From NCBI GenBank assembly GCA_965215605.1, contig OZ244070.1, forward strand, positions 448,001 to 512,000: a stretch of 64,000 nucleotides of DNA. The letters are read 5' to 3'. The stretch is from an uncultured Candidatus Binatia bacterium. GTDB lineage: Bacteria > Desulfobacterota > Binatia > UBA9968 > JAJDTQ01. The position numbers and the translations under genes were made by a program. A model generated the notes under the pieces. It did not search any database. It was not told the origin of the DNA and saw only the letters and a program-made list of their open reading frames with translations. Below are positions 44,349 through 53,337 of the stretch, in pieces. How positions within the stretch are numbered: position 1 is the first letter of the stretch; every line of letters starts with the position of its first letter.

Positions 44349-45176
44349 ATGGAAACGTCTGTCGCCAAACACTACGCCGACTTGACCGAACGCATGGAGA
44401 AGTTCGGCGGGGATCTGCTGGCATGCCATTTCGGCCTTTGGGGACCGGACACGACCACCGATCAGGAAGGCCTGTTGCGCGCCAACCATACCCTGGTGCA
44501 GGGGTGCGATCTCGGCGCGGGACAGCGTGTGCTGGATGCCGGCTGCGGCGTGGGCGGCACCGCCATCATGCTGGCGGAGGCCTATGGCGCCCACGTCACC
44601 GGGCTGACGATCTGCGAGCCGCACGTCGCGGTGGCGGCACAACACGCCGAACGGCGCGGCGTCGGCCATCTGGTGGATTTCCGCCACGGGGACTTCATGG
44701 AGCTGCCGTTCCCTGACGCCAGTTTCGATGCGGTCTTGAATCACGAGTCGTTCTGCTACGCGGACGACAAGCTCGCCTACCTCCGGGGGGTCCACCGGGT
44801 GCTCAAGCCGGGAGGCCGCTGGCAGGCCCTCGAAGGACTGCTGAGCGGCGCGCCGATGTCCGAAGCGCAGGAAGCGCTTCACGCAACCGCACAGCGGGGC
44901 TGGCGCATGCCGCCACTCGAGCCGTGGCGCGACGTTCTCGCGGCTCTCGAGGAAGCGGGTTTCGCGCAGATACGGGAGCAGGACCTCTCCGCCGAGGCGA
45001 TGCGGTCCACGGAAAGAATCCGCCAGGGCTGGCTGTTGCTGACTTTCCTGAATCCCCGCGCCGGCGGGCTGAATCGGGCCTCCCAGGAGTTCATGGAAGC
45101 GACCGTCGGCTACGATCAGGGACTGCAGGAAGGGGTGTTCACCTACCACTTCCTGTCCGGCGCGAAGCCTGCGTAG
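44349..45176 (+). CDS. Class I SAM-dependent methyltransferase (sterol/tocopherol/RebM-like)
   Basis: HFGLW, VLDAGCGVGG, LPFPDASFDAV, RVLKPGG. Start trimmed from the ORF track entry 43710-45176. Confidence 0.9.
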   Translation: METSVAKHYADLTERMEKFGGDLLACHFGLWGPDTTTDQEGLLRANHTLVQGCDLGAGQRVLDAGCGVGGTAIMLAEAYGAHVTGLTICEPHVAVAAQHAERRGVGHLVDFRHGDFMELPFPDASFDAVLNHESFCYADDKLAYLRGVHRVLKPGGRWQALEGLLSGAPMSEAQEALHATAQRGWRMPPLEPWRDVLAALEEAGFAQIREQDLSAEAMRSTERIRQGWLLLTFLNPRAGGLNRASQEFMEATVGYDQGLQEGVFTYHFLSGAKPA

Positions 45177-45188
45177 AGGCCGGTCGAC

Positions 45189-46064
45189 TCAGCCGGGTTT
45201 TTCCGCACAGTATCGCCTGAGCTCGAAACTTCCGTTGCTCCAGGCTTCGTACAGCGTTTGGAACTGGTCGATCAACGCGCGGGTCCCGGGCGTTTCGACG
45301 CCGGCAAACCGTAGCGTTGCAAGCAGATTGTAGGCATTCCCGACCAGCCGCATGTTGTCCGCGTCTTTCCCGCCGAAATCCTCGAACTCCAGGACTTCCA
45401 GGCCCGCTTCGCGCAACTTCCCGGAGTAGGTGGACTGGCTCTCCAGACCCTGCACGGCGAACGGCTCGCACAACGGCACGATGTACTTGTCGTACGCCTC
45501 GGCCGCCAGACCGTCCCGCGCCATCCAGTCCATGGCCACGATCCTTCCCGACGGCTTCAGGATCCGGCTGGCTTCCTGAAGGAACCGCCCTCGGTCGTGG
45601 TAGTGGCATGCGCTCTCGATGTTCACCACCACGTCCACCGAAGCGTCGGCGAAAGGCAGGCTCAGCGAGCAATCGGCAAACTCGAAGCGGACTCGATCGT
45701 CCACACCGGCATCGCGTGCCTTGCCGGCGGCCATCTCCAATTGCATCCGGTTCAGATTGACGCCGGTGACCGTGCATCCCCGCGTTCTTGCAAGGTGGAT
45801 GGCGGTTCCGCCCACCCCGCACCCCGCGTCCACCACATGATGGCGTTCCTCGATGCCGGCCGGCGCGACGATGACCTCCACCATGCGCTCCACGGCGCGC
45901 GCGAGTCCCGCGGACTCCGAGAGTTCCTCGCCGGGCCGGGGACATTCTCCCGGCTCGAAGAGTCCGAAGTGGATATGGTCGCGATTCCACCCCCTGAGGT
46001 AGATGCCCGGCGTATTGTCGTCGTAGTAGCGTTCGGCGGCTTTCTTCTCGTCAGAGGCGGACAT
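45189..46064 (-). CDS. Class I SAM-dependent methyltransferase (second copy)
   Basis: HIHFGLF, VVDAGCGVGG, LPFADASVDVV, ESACHY, RILKPSG. Confidence 0.9.
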   Translation of the reverse strand: MSASDEKKAAERYYDDNTPGIYLRGWNRDHIHFGLFEPGECPRPGEELSESAGLARAVERMVEVIVAPAGIEERHHVVDAGCGVGGTAIHLARTRGCTVTGVNLNRMQLEMAAGKARDAGVDDRVRFEFADCSLSLPFADASVDVVVNIESACHYHDRGRFLQEASRILKPSGRIVAMDWMARDGLAAEAYDKYIVPLCEPFAVQGLESQSTYSGKLREAGLEVLEFEDFGGKDADNMRLVGNAYNLLATLRFAGVETPGTRALIDQFQTLYEAWSNGSFELRRYCAEKPG

Positions 46065-46083
46065 TTCGCGGACGGACCTCCCC

Positions 46084-47211
46084 TCAGGAAGACGGCGGCG
46101 TCAGCAACGCCATGAAAGGATACCCCTTGACCTGCTCGATCCGGTCCCCGGCCAGCACGAGCTTGATGTGGTGAACGCCGCGCAGGAGCACGAACGGCCC
46201 CAACACGCCGAACAGCGTGGTCGGACCCGGTGCCCACTTGGCCAGCGCCGACAGCTTTTCCGGAACCGCAAGGCTTTCCTCGCGCAAGCCATCGATGAAA
46301 GCGGTCCAGAGATCGGGCCGGTCCAGCCAATGACGCGGATCTTTCGCCCTCCTCTCCTTGGCGAGGTAACTCAGTCCCAGCGTCGGACCGACCCCGCCCG
46401 CATCCACGTCCAAATGGACCCCCATCTCGACGAACCCCCCTCGCTCCGCAAGGCGCGCCAGGGTTGCGGCGGCGACCGGACTCTGTCCGGGCCAGCCGAC
46501 GCGTTCCAGGAACGCCATGACGGCGCGTGAGTTCCGAAATCCTGTCACCGCAAGACGGATTGCCCTTTCGCGCGATGGAAATACGCCGATGGATTCGATC
46601 TGCGTATCCCCTTCCTGGGCCAGGTGCACCCGTTCGACCTGCCGGCGCTCAGCGGCGTCCGGGGTCCACCCGGCGGCGGAAACCAACGCGTCGAGCACAA
46701 CGTCCACGTCCCGTATCCGCTGGCCCGCGCCGTCCCCCACGATGGGCCGTTCGGCAGGGCGCAGGAATATCCCCGGATCCGGGCGCGAGCCGCCGAGTGC
46801 CGAGCCGACGTCGTACTCAAGCATCATCTTGCGGCCGACGACCTCGCGCAAGGGGGATTCCTCGGAGTCCGTCTCGGACAAGAACAGCGCGATTCCGGCC
46901 GCGGACGAATCCGTGCTTCCCGACCGCGCCTTTTGCTGGAAGACCGCGGCCGCCCCCGTCCCGCCCACCAAAGAGACGCCGAGATCCGCTCTCGGCCTGC
47001 GCTCGTTCAACGGCAGTTCGAAACCGAAGGGGAAGGCGGCCATGGTGGACGGCAACTCGCGCGCGACTCCGAGCAGACCCTCCCATTCCGCTTCGCCGAT
47101 CAAGGCAGGGGGAATCAGGTTCCTGAGGCCCTCCAGCAGCCCTCCCATGGAGTCCGCCTCGGCGGCGAGGCGCTCCTGGGTGACTGCCAGCGCTTCCTCA
47201 AAGGTCGCCAT
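46084..47211 (-). CDS. Uncharacterised RiPP-cluster protein (possible ABBA prenyltransferase-like fold)
   Basis: 375-aa soluble ORF starting 7 bp after the YcaO stop. FGFEL...ADLG, MLEYDV, IRLAV, HLDV, HHIKL...KGY strands. The fold assignment is inference only. Confidence 0.7.
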   Translation of the reverse strand: MATFEEALAVTQERLAAEADSMGGLLEGLRNLIPPALIGEAEWEGLLGVARELPSTMAAFPFGFELPLNERRPRADLGVSLVGGTGAAAVFQQKARSGSTDSSAAGIALFLSETDSEESPLREVVGRKMMLEYDVGSALGGSRPDPGIFLRPAERPIVGDGAGQRIRDVDVVLDALVSAAGWTPDAAERRQVERVHLAQEGDTQIESIGVFPSRERAIRLAVTGFRNSRAVMAFLERVGWPGQSPVAAATLARLAERGGFVEMGVHLDVDAGGVGPTLGLSYLAKERRAKDPRHWLDRPDLWTAFIDGLREESLAVPEKLSALAKWAPGPTTLFGVLGPFVLLRGVHHIKLVLAGDRIEQVKGYPFMALLTPPSS

Positions 47212-47217
47212 GGCGGT

Positions 47218-49614
47218 TCACGCGATGACCGGGACTGGGTTGAGATCCGTCTCCGCAAGGGGAGCTTCGCGCCGTCCCATCGCCACCGGCACGTCGAACA
47301 GGCGCCCCGGCGCAAAACGTTCCCAGAAGTGGCGGAGTCCCGGCACGATCACCCTGGCCACCGGCATGCCGATGTCGGGCCGGGTCTGATCGAGCACCAG
47401 GAACTCCATGCCCCTGGCTTCCACCAGCGCGCGGCATCGCTCCACGTCCTCCCTCACGTCCGCCGTGTCAAGACCGGGGTCCGGCCTCCCGCGCGGCGCG
47501 GCGCCGCGGTCGGGGGCCAGATAGGGGTGATCCGCCAGCTTCGCGTTCTTCCACCACCAAAGGCACATGGGATCGTCGACACCGTACCGGGAGCCGCCGC
47601 TCCCCGGACGGGGTACCCAGGTCAGGCATTGATTCAGTTCGCACACCGCGCGCAAGGCCGCGATGTGGGGGTCGGCGTGCGCCCCGGCGCCGTAGATGAT
47701 GTCCTCCACTTCGGCGTCGGTGCGGCGCGAGAGCGCGACGAAGGCCGGGATGCCGAGATCGCCGGTGACGTCCAGCACCCACACGTCGCGGTGAAGGCCC
47801 CGGTAGTAGTCGCGCGCGGAAGCCAGGTATTCGTCGCCGAAGCTCTCGATGTCCACCGCGGGCACGCGCAGCCGGTTGTACCACCAGATCGCGAAGGCAT
47901 CGCGCTCCACCAGCTCGAAGAATCCCTGAAGGATGGCTTCCTCAAGGGTGTTGCCGGCGGCACAACCGTTCGAATCAGCCCAAAAGCCGGAACTCCCACG
48001 CTGCTCCGGGGCCATGCCGTAGAGCATGGAGGTCGGCAGATACCGATGCCGGTCCTGGGTGAGCGACCACACCGGCGACCACTCCATGGGCTGGTCAGGG
48101 TCAAGGCGCGCGGGAACGATATTGTAGGGGTGTTCGCGCTCGTTGATTTCGTCCGCTTGATCCAGTTGCCGATCGCTGAAGAGCTGGACATCGTTCGGGT
48201 GGATCGCTTCCGGCGCGCCGTCCGCCGCGAAATCCGAAAAACGCCGGCGACGCCGAATCTCGTCCCCATGGAACGCGCCGGAATAGCGCTCGATGGCTTC
48301 GCAGAGCGCACTCGCCTCGGACTGCCTCGCCGTGCTCCCCTTGCCCGCGCTCTTGCTTCGCAGACTGCGCTTCAACGAGCTCAGGCTCCTGATTCTCAGC
48401 GCCAGATTGCTGCCGGCCCAATGGACGTGCAGCCAGGGATCGGTCTCCTCCGTGGTGCGCGTGACCCACGTCACGATCCCGCTGACCGGACTGATCAGAT
48501 GACGGTATCGGGCGAGGGTCTCCCGCGGCGGCACCGAACGCAGGCCGCCGCTGTTGCGCACCCTCTTCGGGCTCGGTTGCAGCCGCACCGGAACCGCCGG
48601 CCGGTCGGCGCGATTCAACGTGCTGTCGCCGCAGGCCGGGCACTGCGGACGGCGCATGACCGGATGGTGCTCGCTCTTCAGACTGGCAACGTCCAGTGAA
48701 ACCGCCTGCTCGTGGATTGGCGCGCTGCCCCCGAAGACCAGCCACTTGGCGACTTCCGCCGCCACCATGCCGTGGACGGCATCCACCACCGCCGGTTCGA
48801 CCGCGCAGGGAAGCACAGCCGCATCGTCCCCGCCAAGGTTCCGCAGGAAAGTGTGCACTTCGTGGTGGCCGCGCAGGCGATGGGTGAGACAGGCCCAGCA
48901 CGGCCCCTGTTCCGCGGGCCGGAAGACCGGGCCGAACAGGGGCTGGACGCCCCGTGGCCTGACCAGCATCCACGGCGCGCCGGACTCGAGGTGGCGCCGA
49001 TTGCGGTCCGCATGCCGTTCGTCGAGATAGTCGGCGCAGACGACAACCGAGAGCGTCGGCCGGTCCGCCTCCACGGCCACGCCCAGGTCTCCCAACCGGC
49101 GGGCGAAGCGGCCGTCATCGCCGGCCACCTCGATCCTCGACGCCCCCAGCCGCTCCTCGGCCCACCGGGGAGAAGCGCCCAGAGCGGACCAAAAGGCCGC
49201 CGAACCCGGTTCCATGGCGTGCCCGCCCGAGACCACGTATCCCCTGGACGCCAGGGCAATCAGCGCCGCTTGGACGTCGGATGCCGAATACCCCTCCGCA
49301 AGGCCCGCGACAATGTCGTCTTGCGTGCGGCGGCCGTCGAGAAGCGGCAGAAGATCGAGATAGATCGGCCCGCGGAGCAGCGTGTCGAAGGTTTCGGAGA
49401 CCAGCAGCACTTGTTGGTCGTCGATGGGGCGAAACTGAAGATGCGGCGTCAGCACCGGCGCCTCGATGAGGCCGCGGTCGGCGGGAACGGTCTTCGTCAA
49501 TATCCCCCGTGGCGGGGAGGTGGGCGGAGACGCCTCCCCGTCCGTGGGCCTTCCCGAGCCTTCCACTCCCGGAACCGGCGACGCTCCGGGGTTCTGTCCG
49601 GTGTCCCGCCTCAA
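47218..49614 (-). CDS. Fused cyclodehydratase (RRE + E1-like + YcaO; TOMM type)
   Basis: RRE-like LLPLLDGRRT, GPVFRP..GPCWACL, RRPQCPACG, SAGKG, EAIERYS, SNGCAAGNTLEEAILQGFFELVERDA, Pro-rich C-terminus LNPVPVIA. TTG start overlaps the upstream TGA. Confidence 0.95.
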   Translation of the reverse strand: MRRDTGQNPGASPVPGVEGSGRPTDGEASPPTSPPRGILTKTVPADRGLIEAPVLTPHLQFRPIDDQQVLLVSETFDTLLRGPIYLDLLPLLDGRRTQDDIVAGLAEGYSASDVQAALIALASRGYVVSGGHAMEPGSAAFWSALGASPRWAEERLGASRIEVAGDDGRFARRLGDLGVAVEADRPTLSVVVCADYLDERHADRNRRHLESGAPWMLVRPRGVQPLFGPVFRPAEQGPCWACLTHRLRGHHEVHTFLRNLGGDDAAVLPCAVEPAVVDAVHGMVAAEVAKWLVFGGSAPIHEQAVSLDVASLKSEHHPVMRRPQCPACGDSTLNRADRPAVPVRLQPSPKRVRNSGGLRSVPPRETLARYRHLISPVSGIVTWVTRTTEETDPWLHVHWAGSNLALRIRSLSSLKRSLRSKSAGKGSTARQSEASALCEAIERYSGAFHGDEIRRRRRFSDFAADGAPEAIHPNDVQLFSDRQLDQADEINEREHPYNIVPARLDPDQPMEWSPVWSLTQDRHRYLPTSMLYGMAPEQRGSSGFWADSNGCAAGNTLEEAILQGFFELVERDAFAIWWYNRLRVPAVDIESFGDEYLASARDYYRGLHRDVWVLDVTGDLGIPAFVALSRRTDAEVEDIIYGAGAHADPHIAALRAVCELNQCLTWVPRPGSGGSRYGVDDPMCLWWWKNAKLADHPYLAPDRGAAPRGRPDPGLDTADVREDVERCRALVEARGMEFLVLDQTRPDIGMPVARVIVPGLRHFWERFAPGRLFDVPVAMGRREAPLAETDLNPVPVIA

Positions 49615-51995
49615 AGCAGCGCGTCGATGTCGGCCGCGGCGCGGGACGCCGTTGCGGGAATCACCGCGGTCAGGACCTCGAAGTCATCCGCCCCGGAGCC
49701 ACGCGCGATCACGGCCTTGGCCTTGGCGCCCGCGGTCTCCAGCGTGAAACCCTCGTCCGCCACCAGCCGCACCATGCCTCGCAGGCTTCGCCACGTGTCC
49801 GCGGCCTCGGCCAGCCGCTCGGCCGCGTCGCCGGGAATCCACCCGCGCTCGCCCGCGGTCCGGAAAACGGAACCGGCGTCGGGGGCCGACAACTCCGGTG
49901 CCTCGTCCAGGTGGGTCAGTTGCAACAGCCGGGCGGCGTGCTCCACGTCCCGGGCGCCGCCGCGCATGCCGTCGATGGCGAGCAGGCCGGGCTCGGCCGA
50001 ACCGCCGGCCCCGTGTTGCAACTCGGCCATGAGCGGGGCACGCGCGCCGGCGTGGGCCAGGACCTCGCGCCGCGCCTCGTCGAAGCGGCCATCGATGCCG
50101 GAATCCCCGGCAGCGTATACGCACCGCGCTCGAGTCAGTTCCAGAAGCTCCCCGGCTGCGTGGCCTTCGATGAACTCCGCAAGAGAACGGACGGGTCGGC
50201 GCGCGGCTCCGGGCGGGACCGGCGCCAGCAACAGGTTGTCCTCGGACAGCTCCCGAAGCACGTCGAGGAACCGTCGGCCCATGGCTTTGTGGTGGCCGGC
50301 ATCGCCGTCGTAAACAAGCATGAGGTCGAGGTCCGCCCCGGGCGCCGTGTCCCGGCTGGCCAGATCGCCCAGCAACAGCGCCGCCATGCCTCCTTCGGCG
50401 CCCCGGCCGGCGAACTCCTCCTCGACGACCGACAACACCGTGACGATGGAGGTCTCCGCGACATTGGACAGAGCGACCCCCGCCTCCGCCGGCGACAGGT
50501 TGCCGCGCAGGGTGTGTATGCCGACCTGGAACACCTTGTCGTTCGACCAGTTCCGCACCGTTTCCACCGCCTCGGCCGTACCCAGAAAGGGCAGCTCCGC
50601 GATCTGTTCCAACATTTCCGCGACGCCGAGCTCCCGAGTCCAGTACAGGCGCGAGAGGCCGCGGCGGGCTATGGCCTCGGACTCCGTATCCGTCCCGAAA
50701 CCCCGCGGGAGGTCGAGATCGGTGAACTCCCTGCTGTCGAGGACGTCGAGCAGTTCCGGCGAACGGTTGATCCACTTCGCCAGGCGCGGCGCGGCGCCCA
50801 TGATCTCGGCAATGGTCTCGAACGATTCCGGACGCGCCGCCGCCGCCGGGCTGTCGTAGGCGCTCCAGTCCTCGATTTCGGGATAGAAGTGCGCGCGCCA
50901 TTGGTCCACCAGCGGGTCCATGGTCTCGAACCAGCGCCGGGGAAACAGCGCCATGCCGCCCATCTGCATGTAGCTGCCGGGCAGTTGCGGCGCCTCGTCC
51001 TCGCCGCAGTGCTGCAACAGCGGGTAGCGGCGGGTGGGGGCGATGTGGTGGTCGGGATGACGCTGCATGTTGTAGAAGAACAGGTTGCTGAGCTTGTAGG
51101 CGGCGCTCCAGGAATGGCACGCCCGCACCTTTTCGTACCGGCCGTTGGGCATGCGGATGCGCCGCAGGCCGTAGTGCTGGACGTAGTTGATGATCTTCAT
51201 CGAGAAGACCACGCCCGCGCAGATGACGGCGTAGGTCAGCACCACCCACAACCCGCCCACCCAGTACGCGAACGCGTACCACACGGCGGTCTCGAGGGCG
51301 TAGCGCCAGAACGGATTGGTGTAATGCCACACCGGCAGGTGGCGGCGCGCAAGCCGGTCGCGCTCGAAGCGCCAGGCCGCCAGGATGTTGTTCCTGACCT
51401 CGCCGGGCAGGTACTGCCAGAAGCTCACGCCCTTGGGCGGTGAGCCGGGGTCCCCGGGCGTGCAGACCAGTGCGTGGTGGATATAGATGTGCTCGGTCGC
51501 ATAGGTGGGATAGGAAACGCACGCCAGGAGGAACTCGCCGAGCCGGCGCTCCGGCGCCGCGCGTGAATGGATCAGCTCGTGGCCGACGATGAAACAGGGC
51601 TGCGCCACCATGCCCAGCACGAACGCCATGGCCACGACTTCCCAGGTGGACAAATGGCCCACCACCAGCACCTGCCAGAGCGAGAACACGAGCGTCCCCA
51701 CCCAGAGCACCGCCCACAGCCACACCGCCAGCTTGTACAGCAACAACTGCCGGTCCAGGGTCCTGGCCGGGTCCATGTTCCGCTCTTCGGTGCCGAACCG
51801 GGTATCGAGCCAGTCCGGGAGCTGGAAGAAGACCAGCGGAGCCAGGATCCACCAGCCTCCCTGGACCGCGGCGTTGATCACCAGCGGGAAGATGGCCAGG
51901 TTCATGGAGTACAGGAGGGCGTTCCGAACCGACGGCTCAAGCATCTCCCGCGCTCCGCCCCCGACCCCGCCGGGCTGCGCCATATCCTTTGCCAT
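49611..51995 (-). CDS. AlkB-like membrane diiron enzyme fused to a degenerate GlnE-like nucleotidyltransferase domain
   Basis: His boxes GHELIH, EHIYIHH, NYVQHYGL, QRHPDHH. C-terminal half has LSNVAE...LLGDLASRDTAPGADLDLMLVYD...GGARDVEHAARLLQL. Start uncertain (51995, 51983 or 51944). Confidence 0.8.
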   Translation of the reverse strand: MAKDMAQPGGVGGGAREMLEPSVRNALLYSMNLAIFPLVINAAVQGGWWILAPLVFFQLPDWLDTRFGTEERNMDPARTLDRQLLLYKLAVWLWAVLWVGTLVFSLWQVLVVGHLSTWEVVAMAFVLGMVAQPCFIVGHELIHSRAAPERRLGEFLLACVSYPTYATEHIYIHHALVCTPGDPGSPPKGVSFWQYLPGEVRNNILAAWRFERDRLARRHLPVWHYTNPFWRYALETAVWYAFAYWVGGLWVVLTYAVICAGVVFSMKIINYVQHYGLRRIRMPNGRYEKVRACHSWSAAYKLSNLFFYNMQRHPDHHIAPTRRYPLLQHCGEDEAPQLPGSYMQMGGMALFPRRWFETMDPLVDQWRAHFYPEIEDWSAYDSPAAAARPESFETIAEIMGAAPRLAKWINRSPELLDVLDSREFTDLDLPRGFGTDTESEAIARRGLSRLYWTRELGVAEMLEQIAELPFLGTAEAVETVRNWSNDKVFQVGIHTLRGNLSPAEAGVALSNVAETSIVTVLSVVEEEFAGRGAEGGMAALLLGDLASRDTAPGADLDLMLVYDGDAGHHKAMGRRFLDVLRELSEDNLLLAPVPPGAARRPVRSLAEFIEGHAAGELLELTRARCVYAAGDSGIDGRFDEARREVLAHAGARAPLMAELQHGAGGSAEPGLLAIDGMRGGARDVEHAARLLQLTHLDEAPELSAPDAGSVFRTAGERGWIPGDAAERLAEAADTWRSLRGMVRLVADEGFTLETAGAKAKAVIARGSGADDFEVLTAVIPATASRAAADIDALL

Positions 51996-52046
51996 GTCAG
52001 TTCCCGTATCTGCCAACGGCCATGAAATCGAAGGGTTACAGTGTCT

Positions 52047-52074
52047 ATTGTCCACGGGTCGGAAGCCCTGTCAA
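52047..52074 (-). promoter_or_regulatory. Putative promoter of the tailoring-enzyme operon
   Basis: TTGACA (52074-52069)-N16-GACAAT (52052-52047). It overlaps the ORF-track GTG start, so the true start is probably downstream. Confidence 0.5.
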
Positions 52075-52106
52075 GACGAGGCGCGGGACCGTCATCCGCT
52101 TCCGCT

Positions 52107-52961
52107 TCACCCGAATCCCGGCGTCCGTCCCTCCAGCAGCGCCCCCAACTCCTCCGCCCGGAACTGCAACCCCAGATAGAACGGCCCGAACAGGCCGTAG
52201 AGGGCGCTGGCTTCGTCGAAGCGCATCTCGTAGACCAGCTTCTTGAACACCACCGGATCGTCGGCGAAGAGGTCGACGCCCCACTCCCAGTCGTCGAAGC
52301 CGATGGAGCCGGAGATGACCTGGGTCACCCGGCCGGCGTAGCCCCGGCCGATGAAACCGTGGTCCGCCATCATCCGCTGCCGTTCGGCGAACGGCGCATC
52401 GTACCAGTTCTTCTCCTCGCCCCGCTTCTTGTCCATGGGATAGAAGCAGACGTAGCGCCGGGCTGGGATGTCCGGTCGGAGCCGGTTTTCCATGGTCTTC
52501 CGCGCCTGGGCCAGATAGGCCTCCACCTGCTCCTTCCACTCCGGGGTGTCGGGGGCGATGCCCTTCTCCTTCAGGGAGCCGTAGAGCTGGCCCGAGCCGC
52601 TGTAGAGTCCCAGCTCGACCACCGAGAGGTAGGAGGTGGTCTGCTCCAGGAAAGGCGCCAGCTTGAGTTGGGCCACCGCCAGCTCGGCCTCGTTCAGGGC
52701 GTCCATCGAGTCGCGGAAGTGGATGAGCATCAGGTCGCCCTTGTGGCCCAGCAGCGACGCGAGGCCAGTGCGGCCATTGGCGGCGTGCTCCACCGATTTC
52801 AGGGCGGCTGTCGCTTCGTCGACGGCCTTCTGACGCGGCCCGGCACCCAGCGCGTTCCACTCCGGCCAGCGGATGCGGAACATCTGGTGCAGGATGCTCC
52901 AGCCCTCCAGGGTGAGGGGGACGGGAGGGGAGTCCGCACTATTGGGATCGACATCGGACAC
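52107..52961 (-). CDS. hemQ: Coproheme decarboxylase ChdC/HemQ-like (chlorite dismutase family)
   Basis: TLEGWSILH, GHKGDL, SYLSVVELG, CFYPMDKKR..NWY, GSIGFDDWEWGVDLFA, VYEMRFDEASA. Start approximate. Confidence 0.85.
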   Translation of the reverse strand: MSDVDPNSADSPPVPLTLEGWSILHQMFRIRWPEWNALGAGPRQKAVDEATAALKSVEHAANGRTGLASLLGHKGDLMLIHFRDSMDALNEAELAVAQLKLAPFLEQTTSYLSVVELGLYSGSGQLYGSLKEKGIAPDTPEWKEQVEAYLAQARKTMENRLRPDIPARRYVCFYPMDKKRGEEKNWYDAPFAERQRMMADHGFIGRGYAGRVTQVISGSIGFDDWEWGVDLFADDPVVFKKLVYEMRFDEASALYGLFGPFYLGLQFRAEELGALLEGRTPGFG

Positions 52962-53337
52962 GACCTCTTCAATTAACTTTCTTCGGCAACCGTTTTCAAG
53001 TCGAGACCGCCCGTACGCTCCGACGCCAGCATGCCACGACGCTCCGGAACAGCCCGATTCCACACAGAAACAATTTTATATTGACAACCACACGTCATGT
53101 TTCCGACGTGCACAAACCGGTGAATCGCAAGAGGTTGTCACTCGAACAGGCGCACAGTCTCCAAACGCGATTGTCATTGCGCCGACGGCTTTCGCGGGAC
53201 CCGCCGTCATCTCTCGTTGCTTATTCACGTATCGTATTAGGTCTTGATGAAAATTCATCACCAGACGAAGATGGTCCCACTATTGCTACAAACGAATTAT
53301 ATTTCGCATAGTCAAGAACAGAACAAGGAGGGAGTAA

